DNA of 64,000 nucleotides from Massalongia carnosa (Eukaryota). The first letter of the stretch is position 1; each line of letters opens with the position of its first letter. This document shows, one piece after another, positions 53,236-64,000 of the stretch. The stretch lies in contig OZ287071.1 of the NCBI GenBank assembly GCA_965645245.1, positions 2,046,001 through 2,110,000 of the forward strand, in the 5' to 3' direction. The notes under the pieces are model-generated. The model had not been told where the DNA came from. It searched no databases and worked only from the letters and a program-made list of their open reading frames with translations. The position numbers and the translations under genes were made by a program.

Positions 53236-54734
53236 TCAGGATTCGACTTCTGATAATTTAATGGATGGATTTGTAAGACTGTAATCTTCACAGGCTTCCC
53301 CATTTCCCTCTTCTCCAATCTGCAGCTCCTCAACCTTTTCAGCCAGCACCATCGGATCGGTCTCCGCGGTCGCAACTACAGGTCCAACCATTCCCGCAGG
53401 CGGCAACGCCCAAGCCGGGAGCAAGGTTTCGTAATCCCACTTTCCGTTCTCGCACGCATACCGCTTGGCGTGCAAGTAAATGCCCAATTCATGCGCTCCA
53501 GGATCGCTGTACAGCGGGGTATCGCAGATATCGCACAGCTCCCCAGTCATTTTCTCTGCCTTTCGCTTGTTGTACTCCTCCATAATGTCGTCATGATAGG
53601 CCATCGCTTCTGCGACTTCGGACTTCCCCATTTTCGACAAGCGCGAGATGATGTCCTCATCGTTGTCGGACGCGTCGTCGCCAGCCGCCAGGGAGGAGCC
53701 GAAAACTTGCTGGTTGCAGTATATCGGGTCATTGGAAATCGGATGCCCCAGGTACTGAAGGTGCACGCGGATCTGGTGAGTGCGTCCGGTTAGAGGGAGG
53801 CAGCGGACGATGGAATAGCCTTCTTTGGATTTCCAACCCATTTTGGAGTCTCGAGTTTTCTCCTTGTCGGTTCTGTTATCTTTGTTGATAGCGTGTCCAG
53901 TGGGAGGATAGTATGCTAAGCGTTTGAATATAGTCCGTGCGTCCTTTCCACTCGCCCTTGCTCTGTTGAGCCCCAGTTTTGGACTGATTTGCATGATGGG
54001 TTGCTCACAGATCACCTCTCCTTCAGGAAAGTCGCCTATCACGCGAGCTACATACTCCTTTTTAACCGTCCTCCCTAGAATTTGCTTGCAAAGTTTCTCG
54101 GCCGCTTTGGTGTTTTTGGCGACAAACATGATGCCGCTTGTGAGTCTGTCCAGCCTATTACATGGAAGTGGATTCCATGCGTAGCCCCGCTCGGCGCGCA
54201 TGATCTCTACTATAGAGTTATAGTTGTACCGACCTGCTGGGTGAACGGGGACACCGGCAGGTTTATTAATGACAATCATATCGTTGTCTTCGTGGACGAT
54301 ACCAATCGGTTGCGCGGTCACAGGAGGTTCGTGTCGATGCAAGGTATGAGAGATCACGTCGCCGTTCTTGATGATTTCTCTAACCGTAGAGACTTGCTTT
54401 CCATTGACGACGACTTTCCCCTTCTCTATAGCTTCTTTCTGCGCCGAGTTAGTTTAGGGATACTGCATGGCCCTGAAGTGCATCTCACGTAGTAGGATTG
54501 TGGTCTATCTCTAAATTCTGTGGCGAAGATATCAATCAATTCTCTTCCTCGCCACCGCTCTTTACAGTAAGTGTTATAGGTAAAATGATAGGGATATACC
54601 TTCCGAAGGTCATCTTCTAGGAAATACGGCCTAGGCCAAGGATCACAGGGGGTGGTGATAACCCGGGGAGGAGGCACAAAAACATTGGCCTTGGGCTCTG
54701 CAAATGGCAATTGCTCGGTAGTAGTAAGCGCCAT
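53236..54734 (-). CDS. RluA-family pseudouridine synthase (Pus9/Rib2 N-terminal-like)
   Basis: [51 protein letters not shown]; intron ~54431-54490. Confidence 0.9.
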
Positions 54735-55017
54735 CGACGGCGAACGGCCACGCCGCGCAAGAAAGGATAGAACGCGAGCCGAAGGAGCCAGAGGGACAGT
54801 GCGCTGTGGGCTTGAACAACGATGAAGAGGCAGACGAACAAAAAGTATTAAAGATCTTTTTCAATTAAGGTTAAAATTATCTAACCGAGATCTTGATCCA
54901 CTAGTGGTAGCGAGACCTCTAACCATTTCTATTTTAATCTTCCAGATTACTAGCCTTTCATTCCTCAGCTGTTAGCTCTTCATTTGTCCACCTTTGCATA
55001 ATTAATCTGCACCGAGA

Positions 55018-55587
55018 ATGTCGATTATCCAGCTCAGGAAGCGCAAGAGGAATGATTATAGTTTTCATCTTGAATATCAGACTAGATGGTAAGATATGCG
55101 GAATTGCGATGGAACTGAAACAATAACTCACAAAAGATTCAGGTCAGATAACGACCAATATTTTCATCTGAACAATAGCGTTTACAACAATCTGTATCAG
55201 CACAGATGCAGTCATAGTTGGAGCCCATTCTAACAAGTACATAGTTTTGACGCAATAATCAATACGTATCTGATTCAGCATTGTGGTCTTGAACCCTCAA
55301 AATCATCATGTATTGGACTTGTCGTCCATGCCGAATGCAATTATTTTGGTTCTGTTGCTTTCCCAGCCATTGTTGATCTTGGACTCAGAGTTAGTAAGTT
55401 AGGGAAGTCAAGCGTTACCTATGAAGTTGGTGTTTTTGAACAAGGCCATGAGGATGCTCGTGCTGTGGGAGGGTACACTCATGTCTTCGTAGACCGAGAC
55501 AACCAAAGGCCTCCCGGGAATGGTATTCCTGGTGAAATCCGGAATGGTTTACAAAAACTAGTGCGATTCGAAAATTCCAAGTTATGA
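55018..55587 (+). CDS. 4HBT/YbgC-type hotdog acyl-CoA thioesterase with peroxisomal SKL (3 exons; absent from ORF track)
   Basis: YQTRW/SDNDQYFHLNNSVY/FDAIIN..LGLRVSKLGKSSVTYEVGVF..THVFVDR..ENSKL*. Confidence 0.88.
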
Positions 55588-57262
55588 ATATGAACTTAAA
55601 GATGTTGTTTCTTTCCGCGGTCAGATTCCGGCTCCCTACGGCCTCGGCAGAGAAAATACGGTGGCAAGAAAGTAATGCCACTAGAGCTACTCGGTCTAAG
55701 GACCCGTTTGGGTTATCCAGCTATTAGCCTATATCAAACTCTATATTTGGTAGGGTTAGTTGGCTTCATTTTCCTGGCTCGGAGTCTCGATATACTATGA
55801 ATGATACGACTGCCCGCCGAAAAGCCTAATAAAAAAAACTCCGGACGAACGCAAACCACAGTCACTCGGTTTTTAACCCAGGGTTTTCTAATAATGTTCC
55901 GGCGTTATATTCAATGAAACCGTTTCCAAATGCTACTCAACTAAAGGACAATACTTCACAAGAACAAACAGTTCTGTGGGGCGGTTGAAGTCAGATAGCA
56001 TTTGTCTTACCGGATCATTCGAGTTTACTTGGCCTCTTCGGATCTTCTCACACGCTTTTTCCGATTAACCGGCAAGTTCTCTTTAAGGCCTTTGAGACTT
56101 CGCTCTTTAATATAAAGTATCAGCCCTATACAGATTTCATTCGGGAAATCAGGAAGCTTACTCAATAAGCCCAATATAAAATATATCTGGAGATTTTTCT
56201 CTCTATAGACCAGTCCGCAAACGAGATTATCCGTTACTCGTTCTATTTCTATTTCCGAAAGAATAGCGAGATAGTGTTGTTTTTGTTTACCAACTCCTCA
56301 CAGAAATAATGACAGCCCAAAACCATGCTATTAGAAGGTGTCTAATATCAGTGTCATGGTCAACTTCCAGCTATCATCTTGACATCATGACACCTTTCGA
56401 GCCCCATGATTGTCCGCCGGCAGCGGCGCACGGAACATATTTTATTTCTTCAAATTGATAGACGCTGTTTCTTCTTGCCATGATGCTTGCATTCTGCACC
56501 ATCAGACTTCTCGTACCTCAATCTCCTTATCTACCTGGTTCGAAGTGCATATAAAATGTACATACATACATAGTCCTACGTTACAATAACACATACTCAA
56601 CAGCCAAACCCCCCCCAAAACCATCTCCCAAATGACATAACCACTACAGAGTTTACAAGCTCCCGGCCACCCAATCTATAACCTCTCCCACTACAGTCCT
56701 CCCTCCCAATATCCCGCACTCAAAGCCCTGAAATCTCTCTCTCTGTCTGTGCTATAGACGCTTTTGATCGATCCACAGCGAATCCCCCCTTCCCCCCTAC
56801 TCTATTTACCATAATACTCCGCTGAGACGCCCCTCCTGATAACTACCCTGATCCATCCACGCACACACATACACACACTCTCTCGACCTAAACAAGTTGC
56901 CGTTCTCACCAGCACGGGTGTAATGTATTGTGCAGGCAGGCAGGCAGGCAGGCAAGTAAACAGGCAGCTACTTAGTCCATCAGTCAGTCAGTCATGGAGT
57001 AAACCAGTCATTTTCAGGTCAGTCAATCCAATTCATCCATCCCATGCACACATAACCATGTGGTCCAAACAAAGCCTCTCCTAAAGTCTAAGTCTCAATC
57101 ATCCGACCACCCGCCCATCTATATATCTATCAGGAAAGACACAGACCAACTATAAAGGGGGGCACCCCTCCCTTCCCCATAACCGACCGTCCAAAAAAAA
57201 GCCCAACCCCCATTCTCCCCCCCTCTCCCCCCCCACGAAACATACAGAGGCAGGTACTTTCT

Positions 57263-58153
57263 TCAAAACACAACTTTCCTCACAACCATAACCGCCAGCC
57301 CGGCCACGAGGCCTACGATCGTCCTGTCGATCCATGCGGGGATTGCCTCTGAAGGGGGGGAGGAGGAGGAGGAGGGCGCGAGAGGAGGTTGAGAGGCACG
57401 CTGGGGCGGAAGGAGGGAAGGTGGAGGTGGAGGTTGCGATGCGGATGAGGGGGCGGGGTTGGGTGGTGTAGCCAGGGATCCGTTCCTCCCCCCCGGCGCT
57501 GTAGGAATATCCGGCCCCGGCTCCGGGTTCCCCATCTCATCGCGAAAGCCAAAGCGCAACTCCTCCGGCACGAATTCCGGCTCCCCGCCAGGCAGCCCAA
57601 CGCGGTCGCCATCCCCCCTCTCCCCCTCACCCGCCGACGACAACAACAACAACACCTCCTCGTTCGTCCTCCCGCCGCAACAGCCGGCCGCGCAGCTCCA
57701 CCGGCGACTCTCGCGCGCGAGACGCTCCCGCTCCCCAGCCGCCATCTCCATGCCACCGACCTGGCCCTTGGCGTCGCCCGCCATGAAGGCCCGCAGCGCC
57801 CACAGCGCGGTGCGGATCCCCCACGCCGGCTGCCACGTCTCCTCGTGGTGGCCGCTGATGCTCAGGCACAGCTCGCGGTTGACCTCGAAGCGGCCGGACG
57901 GGGTCAGGAACCGGAACGATGGCGGCCGCAGCGGGTATGTGGCCGGGAGCACGATGCGTCCGTGGTAGATCCCGTGCGCGTACGGCGTGCTGGGTGGGCC
58001 CTGGAGTGTGAAGTGCCATTCGAAGAGATCGCTGTCGAGCGGGCAGGCATGCAGGGTGGGGTCCGCGGCGCGCGAGAGCTCCGAGGCTTCTTTGAGGATG
58101 CGCTTGATGGTGGGCGATTTTGTGTTGAATTTGGTGGGAGAGGAGGGGGACAT
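57263..58153 (-). CDS. Tail-anchored ubiquitin-conjugating enzyme, UBE2J1/Ubc6 class
   Basis: FEWHFTLQGP, YHGRIVLP..YPLRPPS..TPSGRF, CLSISGHHEETWQPAW, C-terminal TM helix. Confidence 0.92.
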   Translation of the reverse strand: MSPSSPTKFNTKSPTIKRILKEASELSRAADPTLHACPLDSDLFEWHFTLQGPPSTPYAHGIYHGRIVLPATYPLRPPSFRFLTPSGRFEVNRELCLSISGHHEETWQPAWGIRTALWALRAFMAGDAKGQVGGMEMAAGERERLARESRRWSCAAGCCGGRTNEEVLLLLSSAGEGERGDGDRVGLPGGEPEFVPEELRFGFRDEMGNPEPGPDIPTAPGGRNGSLATPPNPAPSSASQPPPPPSLLPPQRASQPPLAPSSSSSPPSEAIPAWIDRTIVGLVAGLAVMVVRKVVF

Positions 58154-58749
58154 TTTTTAGGGAGGGGGGTGGGGGGTTTGAGAGGTTAGGTTAGGTAGGT
58201 GGTGGTGGTACGGAGCATGTGCTATGAATGTGGATGTGGGAAAGGGGGATAGGATGAAATAGAAATGTGGACTTTTGACTCTCGCGCTTACTTTAGAAAC
58301 AAGAAGTTCACACTTATCCTCGTATACGCTTATCTACATACCTATTACTCAACATGTGTATTGCATATAGATAATATCAAATGGGTTTAAAAACCTTGAA
58401 CCATCACACGAGATTCTTCAACGAAGACATCGTGATCGTCTGCTGCAAGGAAACCTTTCGAAACACTGATTTTCACTTCAAATGTGATTTCTAAATAAAA
58501 TATACGCGTTTTCACAAATAAATAAACAAACCCATACATCTCATCGTCGTGGGATTCCATAAAGTAAGGTGTCCCTGATTGTTTGCTCGTCTACGCTGGT
58601 TTCTATTGCGTAGTTTGTGATGTTTCGTTAAAACTACACTCATGCTGCAAGAAGGGGTATCAATATGACCGAAAACAAAATTCCACCCACATGACCTTCC
58701 ATACCACCCATATCATCGAAATGAAACGAAATGATAGCCCCTTGAGACA

Positions 58750-61700
58750 TCACCTCTTCTGCACGACCCTAGCTGCATCCTCGGCCCTCTCGCGCCTCGC
58801 CTTTCTTCGTCTATCGAGTTCCCCTCCCCCATGCCCCTCCCCGAGGCACAGCCACCACCACTCCGCTAGCGCAAAGCCCGTGGTGCCGGCCCGGCTCACC
58901 ACCTTCGCCCGTAACATCCACTCGAGAATGAGCTCTACCTCCCAAAGCCCCAGGCTCGGCTGGACGTTCGTGAGCACCACCTCCGCCGCGACGCCGGGTC
59001 GCTTGGACAGAATCGTGAGGATGCCCGCTACGGCGAGTTCCCACATCACGGGCACGGCGCGACCGTGGACGTCGTACCAGAGTGGGATCTTCGCCATCGG
59101 ATCGTCCAGATGCGCGCACGGCGGGGGGGGGAGAGGCAGGAGCGGATTGCCGGCGAGGTAAGTCGGACTCATGCGAATCTCAACGTCGAAGTTCAAGCGG
59201 GTTTTGTCCATCCGGCGCGTTTGGTATCCTCCGTCAGTCAAGCCGAACTTGTTCATGGGCGGATTCTTGGGTTTAAGCATGATACGTTCGGTCGCGGCCA
59301 TGTTCAACAAAGCTAGCATGTCGCCGTTCTCCGCCGAGCTTGAATACTCGACAGAATCCTGCCCGCTGAACTCGGCATCAAGTTTCCGCTTGTACCTCAC
59401 GGCTTGATGGAAGGTGGAGGAGTCGAGCTTCTTCCGCAGGCGGTGGAGGAAGTATTCGGATATGTCGTAGTTTCGCCCCGGGACCAGGCGGCCTTTGTTC
59501 TGCTGCGTGATGAGCCGGCTTGTGATGAGTTCTTGCAAAGCAAGGTCTACGTTGGACTCGCCAATCGAGAGGAGCTTGGCTCGAGCTTGATCGGGGCTGT
59601 ACGTAGCTTGAGGAGTGATGACGTTTGCACGGATCCATGATTTGGCAATGGCAACTTGTTCCGCTTCTGCGGGAATTGGGCTCCGGCGCTTGGGTTCTGC
59701 TGGAAGGGCGAACGATGCTTTGTTCAGCACGTCTTCTCGACGTTGAATAACGGCAGTCATATCCATTTCATAGAAGTCGCCCATGTCGAAGCTACTTGAC
59801 TCCCGCAGATCAAAGAAACAGTCAAACTCCAACCGTTTCACAGGCAAGTAAGGCAAGGACTCTTTCGATGTGTCAATGTTCTCCATCGCCCAATCGACAA
59901 GCCCGACCCAGTCATACGCTTCCAGATTATCAAAATCAATCGTTGGCATTGCGCCATCCTCGTAGGCCTTTGCGAAATTGGTCTGGAATCGGGCTTGAAT
60001 CTGGTCTACCTGGAGCCGAAACTTTTGCAAGACATGACTCCATCGCTTTTGAATGTAGTATTGACTGTATTTAGGCTGAAAAAGGTTGGCCACAAGAACC
60101 CAGTCAATATGCTTCTCCATTCCGCCCGTCAAGGTGCGAATGACCATTACGGCTACAAGGAGCCGTCTTTCGTCGTCCTCGCTAAGGTGCTCACCAGCGT
60201 GTGGTCCGCGTATCCTTCGGAGCTTTGTCGGTCTGCTATCAAGAGGAGCTTCTTGTGGTCTAGCTAGCATACCTCGTTGCTCACGCACCTCTTGAACACG
60301 TGGATGCTGTCGTTGAGTAGGTTTCTCTTTCGGATGAGACGTAAGACTCCGCGTTTTGAAACTAGTTTTTACCTCTTCACGTTTCCGTTTAAGGCCCCGC
60401 TCATGGGTACCAGCAGGTACCCGCTGGTCCTTCTTAGCAAAAGTACGATCTGCAACGCGAGCTCTGGGAATAACCGTTGCAAATCTTGGCCGGTTGGTAG
60501 TTGATAGGGTCTTGCGTGAAAAGTACACATCAAAATCCGGCTTGATCTTGTACTCGGCGTCGCTGGCGCGTTCATGCATATGTGGAAACAGGTGGGTTAT
60601 AAAAGGCCAGTCGCTGTGGTCTACATCAAGAAAATCGACGTTCGTCAATTCCCAGGCCAATAAACCATCAACTTCAGCGTTAAATCCGGTCTTCGCCGCT
60701 TCCGCAACTATTTTTCTTTGCGTGCTCCGAGGTTTTCGAGCTCGAACTTCAAGTCCAGAAAAAGTCACGGAGAAAGTGCCTGTGGAATGATGGAAGTCAT
60801 GCCCTGGATTCATCGTTGTCGAGACATAGCGGCCTTGATCCAAAGCGTTTATTTTCCGCTTGAGCTGACTTGCTGTAAATAGGGGTTTAGCAACTCGCCT
60901 TCGTTTGGCTTGTCTCGGAATAGAGGACAACGAAGAAGTATGAACTCCGCCCTCTCTAGTGCCTCCAAAATGATCGTTAAGAAAACGTTCAAAATCCCCG
61001 GAATGCTCGTTACTAAGGCCCTTGCGTTTGCCCCTGACCGATAAGTTTTCCTCCTGTGCACTCGAATATCCGCGGGCCCATGAGATTCGAGGCTCGTTCC
61101 TAGTCCCTAGTTTGTGTAAATTGAACAAGCTACTACTCACAGGGTTGCCTATAGTGTCGCTGTGTCTCCGGGACACATTTCCATGTCTATATCGACTAAA
61201 CTCATCTAGAGATGGCCCTCTATATTCTAGAGTTGGCGAGTGTGAGCGTGGTCTGTTATGCAACGAATGTCGCGTGTAGAGCCCCAGAGCGGCCACGTCA
61301 GCATCTTCCGCAGGATCCAGCCATGCAATTCGTCGCCGCGAGCTTGGTCCAAACTTGAAGCCATCATTCAGCGCAGCTATCATGCCATAAGCTTCACTTC
61401 CAGGACGTTTCCTTATAGTCGCAAGACGTTCAACTTTCCGCGCGGTCTCTCCTTTTTTGGCATACCGTTGGTTTCCGAGCTTTTCGGAATCCAAGAATCC
61501 CTGCGATTGAGACAAGTCAGCATGATTCTAAGTACACTCGACCATCAAATCGAGAGTTCTCACCGACAGCCCTATTCTAGCCACCCGCATTGCTATCTTT
61601 TCCAACTTCTTGACTCTCAACGTTTCCAATCTTAGCTTGCTCCTCACTCGCTGCTCTTCATATCGAATGTCATAGACAGACTTATGTTGTAGCTGAACTT

Positions 61701-64000
61701 GATCTTTCTCCTCGATCTCTAAATCCTCAACGCCTCTGTACCGCCCATAGTTCCCGAGATAAGATACATTGCCCCGTGTATCCTCCAAATATTCGGCATC
61801 TGGTGGGAAATAGAAGTTTGGATGACTAGATATCATGTTGTCTTGAATCTCCTTCACTCTCGGATCGGTAGGACTAACATCGATTGCTGTCGCCATTGTT
61901 TTTGTAACCATTACGCCTTTGGGAGTCATGAAACTGAACGTTAGCTGCCGAAGCTTGCCAGCTTGAACAAGGTATTTGTAGGCAGCTTGCACTGTCTTCG
62001 CGTCCGGTCTTCCCGCTTTCCCTAGCTTTATCCATGCGGTCACAAAGGGAGGAACCAGCTCTCTGTCACTGGAATAGACGCCGCCACATTTCTGAACTAT
62101 GTCCATGATGATTTTTCTTCTCAAGACGCCCACGGAGCCACCCCCTGAGGCTGAGTGTCTTATGGAGGTGACTTTCCGGATTTTCCGTGTAACAGGAGTA
62201 GGGACAACGGCGTCCTCAGTAGAAGGAAAAGCTATATTTGGTGGCTGGAGAGAGGATAGTACCATTGATGGGCCGTTTCCGGGCAGGATATCAGCTCGGA
62301 CGAGGTCCGATGGAGAGGAAAGCTCTGCGTTGTTTGCGGCGGGCATAAGTTTCGAAGACTTTGGTGGCCCAGAAAATGTTATTGCTGCTTTAGGTGTTGC
62401 AGATGTCTGAACCGGGGCTAGAGGTTCAAGCTGACCAGTGATGGCTCCTTCAGATCTATTGAAAGACCCACGCTCAAGATAAGTTGAATGACATTCTTGC
62501 TGGTAATCCGGCCGTTCTTTAGCTGTAAGTATCTCGCGATTTGATACGCTTGAGGATTTTAGCATAGCATAAGGCTGATCTCTTGATGAAGATTGATTTT
62601 CGCTGGCTGTCCTTACGGATCCAGAGTCGATGGTGATGAAATCCTTTTGCGAGGTTGTAGGGAGGATTCCAACAGATGGCTCAACGGAATCTGTAGACCC
62701 AGAACTGGTGGGTTTTCGAGGCGATGCAGCAGAAACCTGATTGACCGCGGTAAATCTCAATATATGTGGACCCACGACCGAGACAGTCTGTCCTTCTGAC
62801 TGTAAGCCCGTGAATGTTTGGTCAACGACCGATCCGCTGTTTTCTAAGGATGAGACATGACTGGGTTTGGTACACGTAGAATCGGCAAATAAACCGTCTT
62901 TCCCGGCTGTCTGAGGCGTAGATGGCGAGTCTTTACTCCTCTTAGTTAAATTGTACGGCGAAATAGAAGCCGAACTGAGCGAGTAACCTAGGGTTAGTAA
63001 TGATGCCGAGTTTTCTGGAGCTTTTGACAAGTTTACTTGTAGCTCCGGCAAGTAAGATGAGTTCGCTTCACCAACTGCAGCATCCTGAATAATACTGGAA
63101 TTGACCTTTTCAACAGAGGTTGCTTTCTGCTCGGGTGTAGCGGCTTTTTTCAAGAACCATGCGTTTTCATTCAAGCGATCGGATTTGAAGATCACAAGCC
63201 GACACTTCTTGGTTCGACCCCTTTGACCAAGAACCCTTGCACGCAGAGCATCATGGCCAATAAATACACCGCTACCAGCCCTCTCAATCAGACCCGACTG
63301 CTCTTCGTAAGATTTTTCCTTCAATTCATGAAATTTTAGTATTGCTAGATTCTTCCTCTGGCCTCCACCGACCAGTTTTTTCTTAGTAGGACGGATAACA
63401 CTGTGGTCAGGGCTATAGGGGGGTGGCGAATAGCTCGTTGCTGAGGCACCCAGAAGCGGTTGCGTATGCGCTGCGACGGATGGCAAGTAATGAAAGTTGG
63501 CTAAATAGTCAGCTCTGGACCCATCGTCTAAGAGTCTTTTCCTTTTGCGACTCGACGTGTCTAATAAGAACGAGGACTTCGCCTGTCGAGGCTGTAAGTG
63601 GGTAGCCTCTGGCGCTAGGATTTTCAATATCGCCCTTTTATTGATTTTGGGCGGCCGACCTCGCCCACGTCTCGTCCCTATGGCTACCGACTGTAAGGAT
63701 TGGTACCATGACATCAAGTAGGGCGCCGAATGCGCCGCAACAGAAGGCAAAGAAAAGATGGAAGTTTTTTGAGCGAAATCGTGAGTGGCAGCTGAGGGAT
63801 CTTTTGCTTGACCAATCGTATCTGTTAATGGCAGAGTGGATGAAACAAGAAGCGACTGGGTGTGGGCCGCAATGGATGGCATATAGGGTATGGGCTGCTT
63901 TTTAGAAAGCTTTCGCGGCTTTGGTGGGCTAGCAATTTCTTTCAATATAGAAGGAATTTCATCCCCTGCCTCCAAGTACTCTGCGGTTATTTCTGAAAAC
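58750..64000 (-). CDS. TFC3: TFIIIC B-box-binding large subunit (Tfc3/Sfc3-like), 5' end outside window
   Basis: Two long ORFs joined by intron 61501-61563; LRRKIIMDIV..CGGVY, RTLTGG..IDWVLV, AKSWIRANVITP, KGRLVPGRNYDIS, KIPLWYD, EWWW; AT-hook RGRGRPPK. Confidence 0.8.

Noticed and set aside
57313..59638. Many overlapping alternative-frame ORFs
   Set aside because: Shadow ORFs caused by high GC content over real genes

Overview
Eukaryotic genomic DNA from a filamentous ascomycete (Pezizomycotina-type genes with short GT-AG introns and CTRAY branch points; the exact taxon cannot be fixed from the sequence). Bases 1 to ~12,300 are a dense, nested transposon island. It holds a RecQ-like SF2 helicase gene ending in a hairpin-rich putative terminus (AcademH-like DNA transposon candidate, cut by the window edge), three Fot1/pogo elements, one Tc1/impala-type element and about ten solo LTRs, most with recognisable target-site duplications, nested up to four levels deep and carrying RIP-like C>T damage. 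Bases ~12,500 to 64,000 are gene-dense housekeeping DNA: EBP2, Raf2-like RFTS protein, PUS4, DMT/EamA transporter, YPT7, ATG16, DOT1, JmjC, SPB1, DUF3176, a hypothetical protein, LIG4, IRS4-like, ASE1, CSN5, mitochondrial GluRS, XDJ1-like DnaJ, RPL32, RluA-type pseudouridine synthase, a PTS1 thioesterase, a UBC6/J1-type E2 and partial TFC3. This part is interrupted by one decayed pogo element containing a LINE-like 3' fragment, and by a 7-bp satellite. Exon boundaries were read by eye, and family calls rest on recognised motifs, not database searches.
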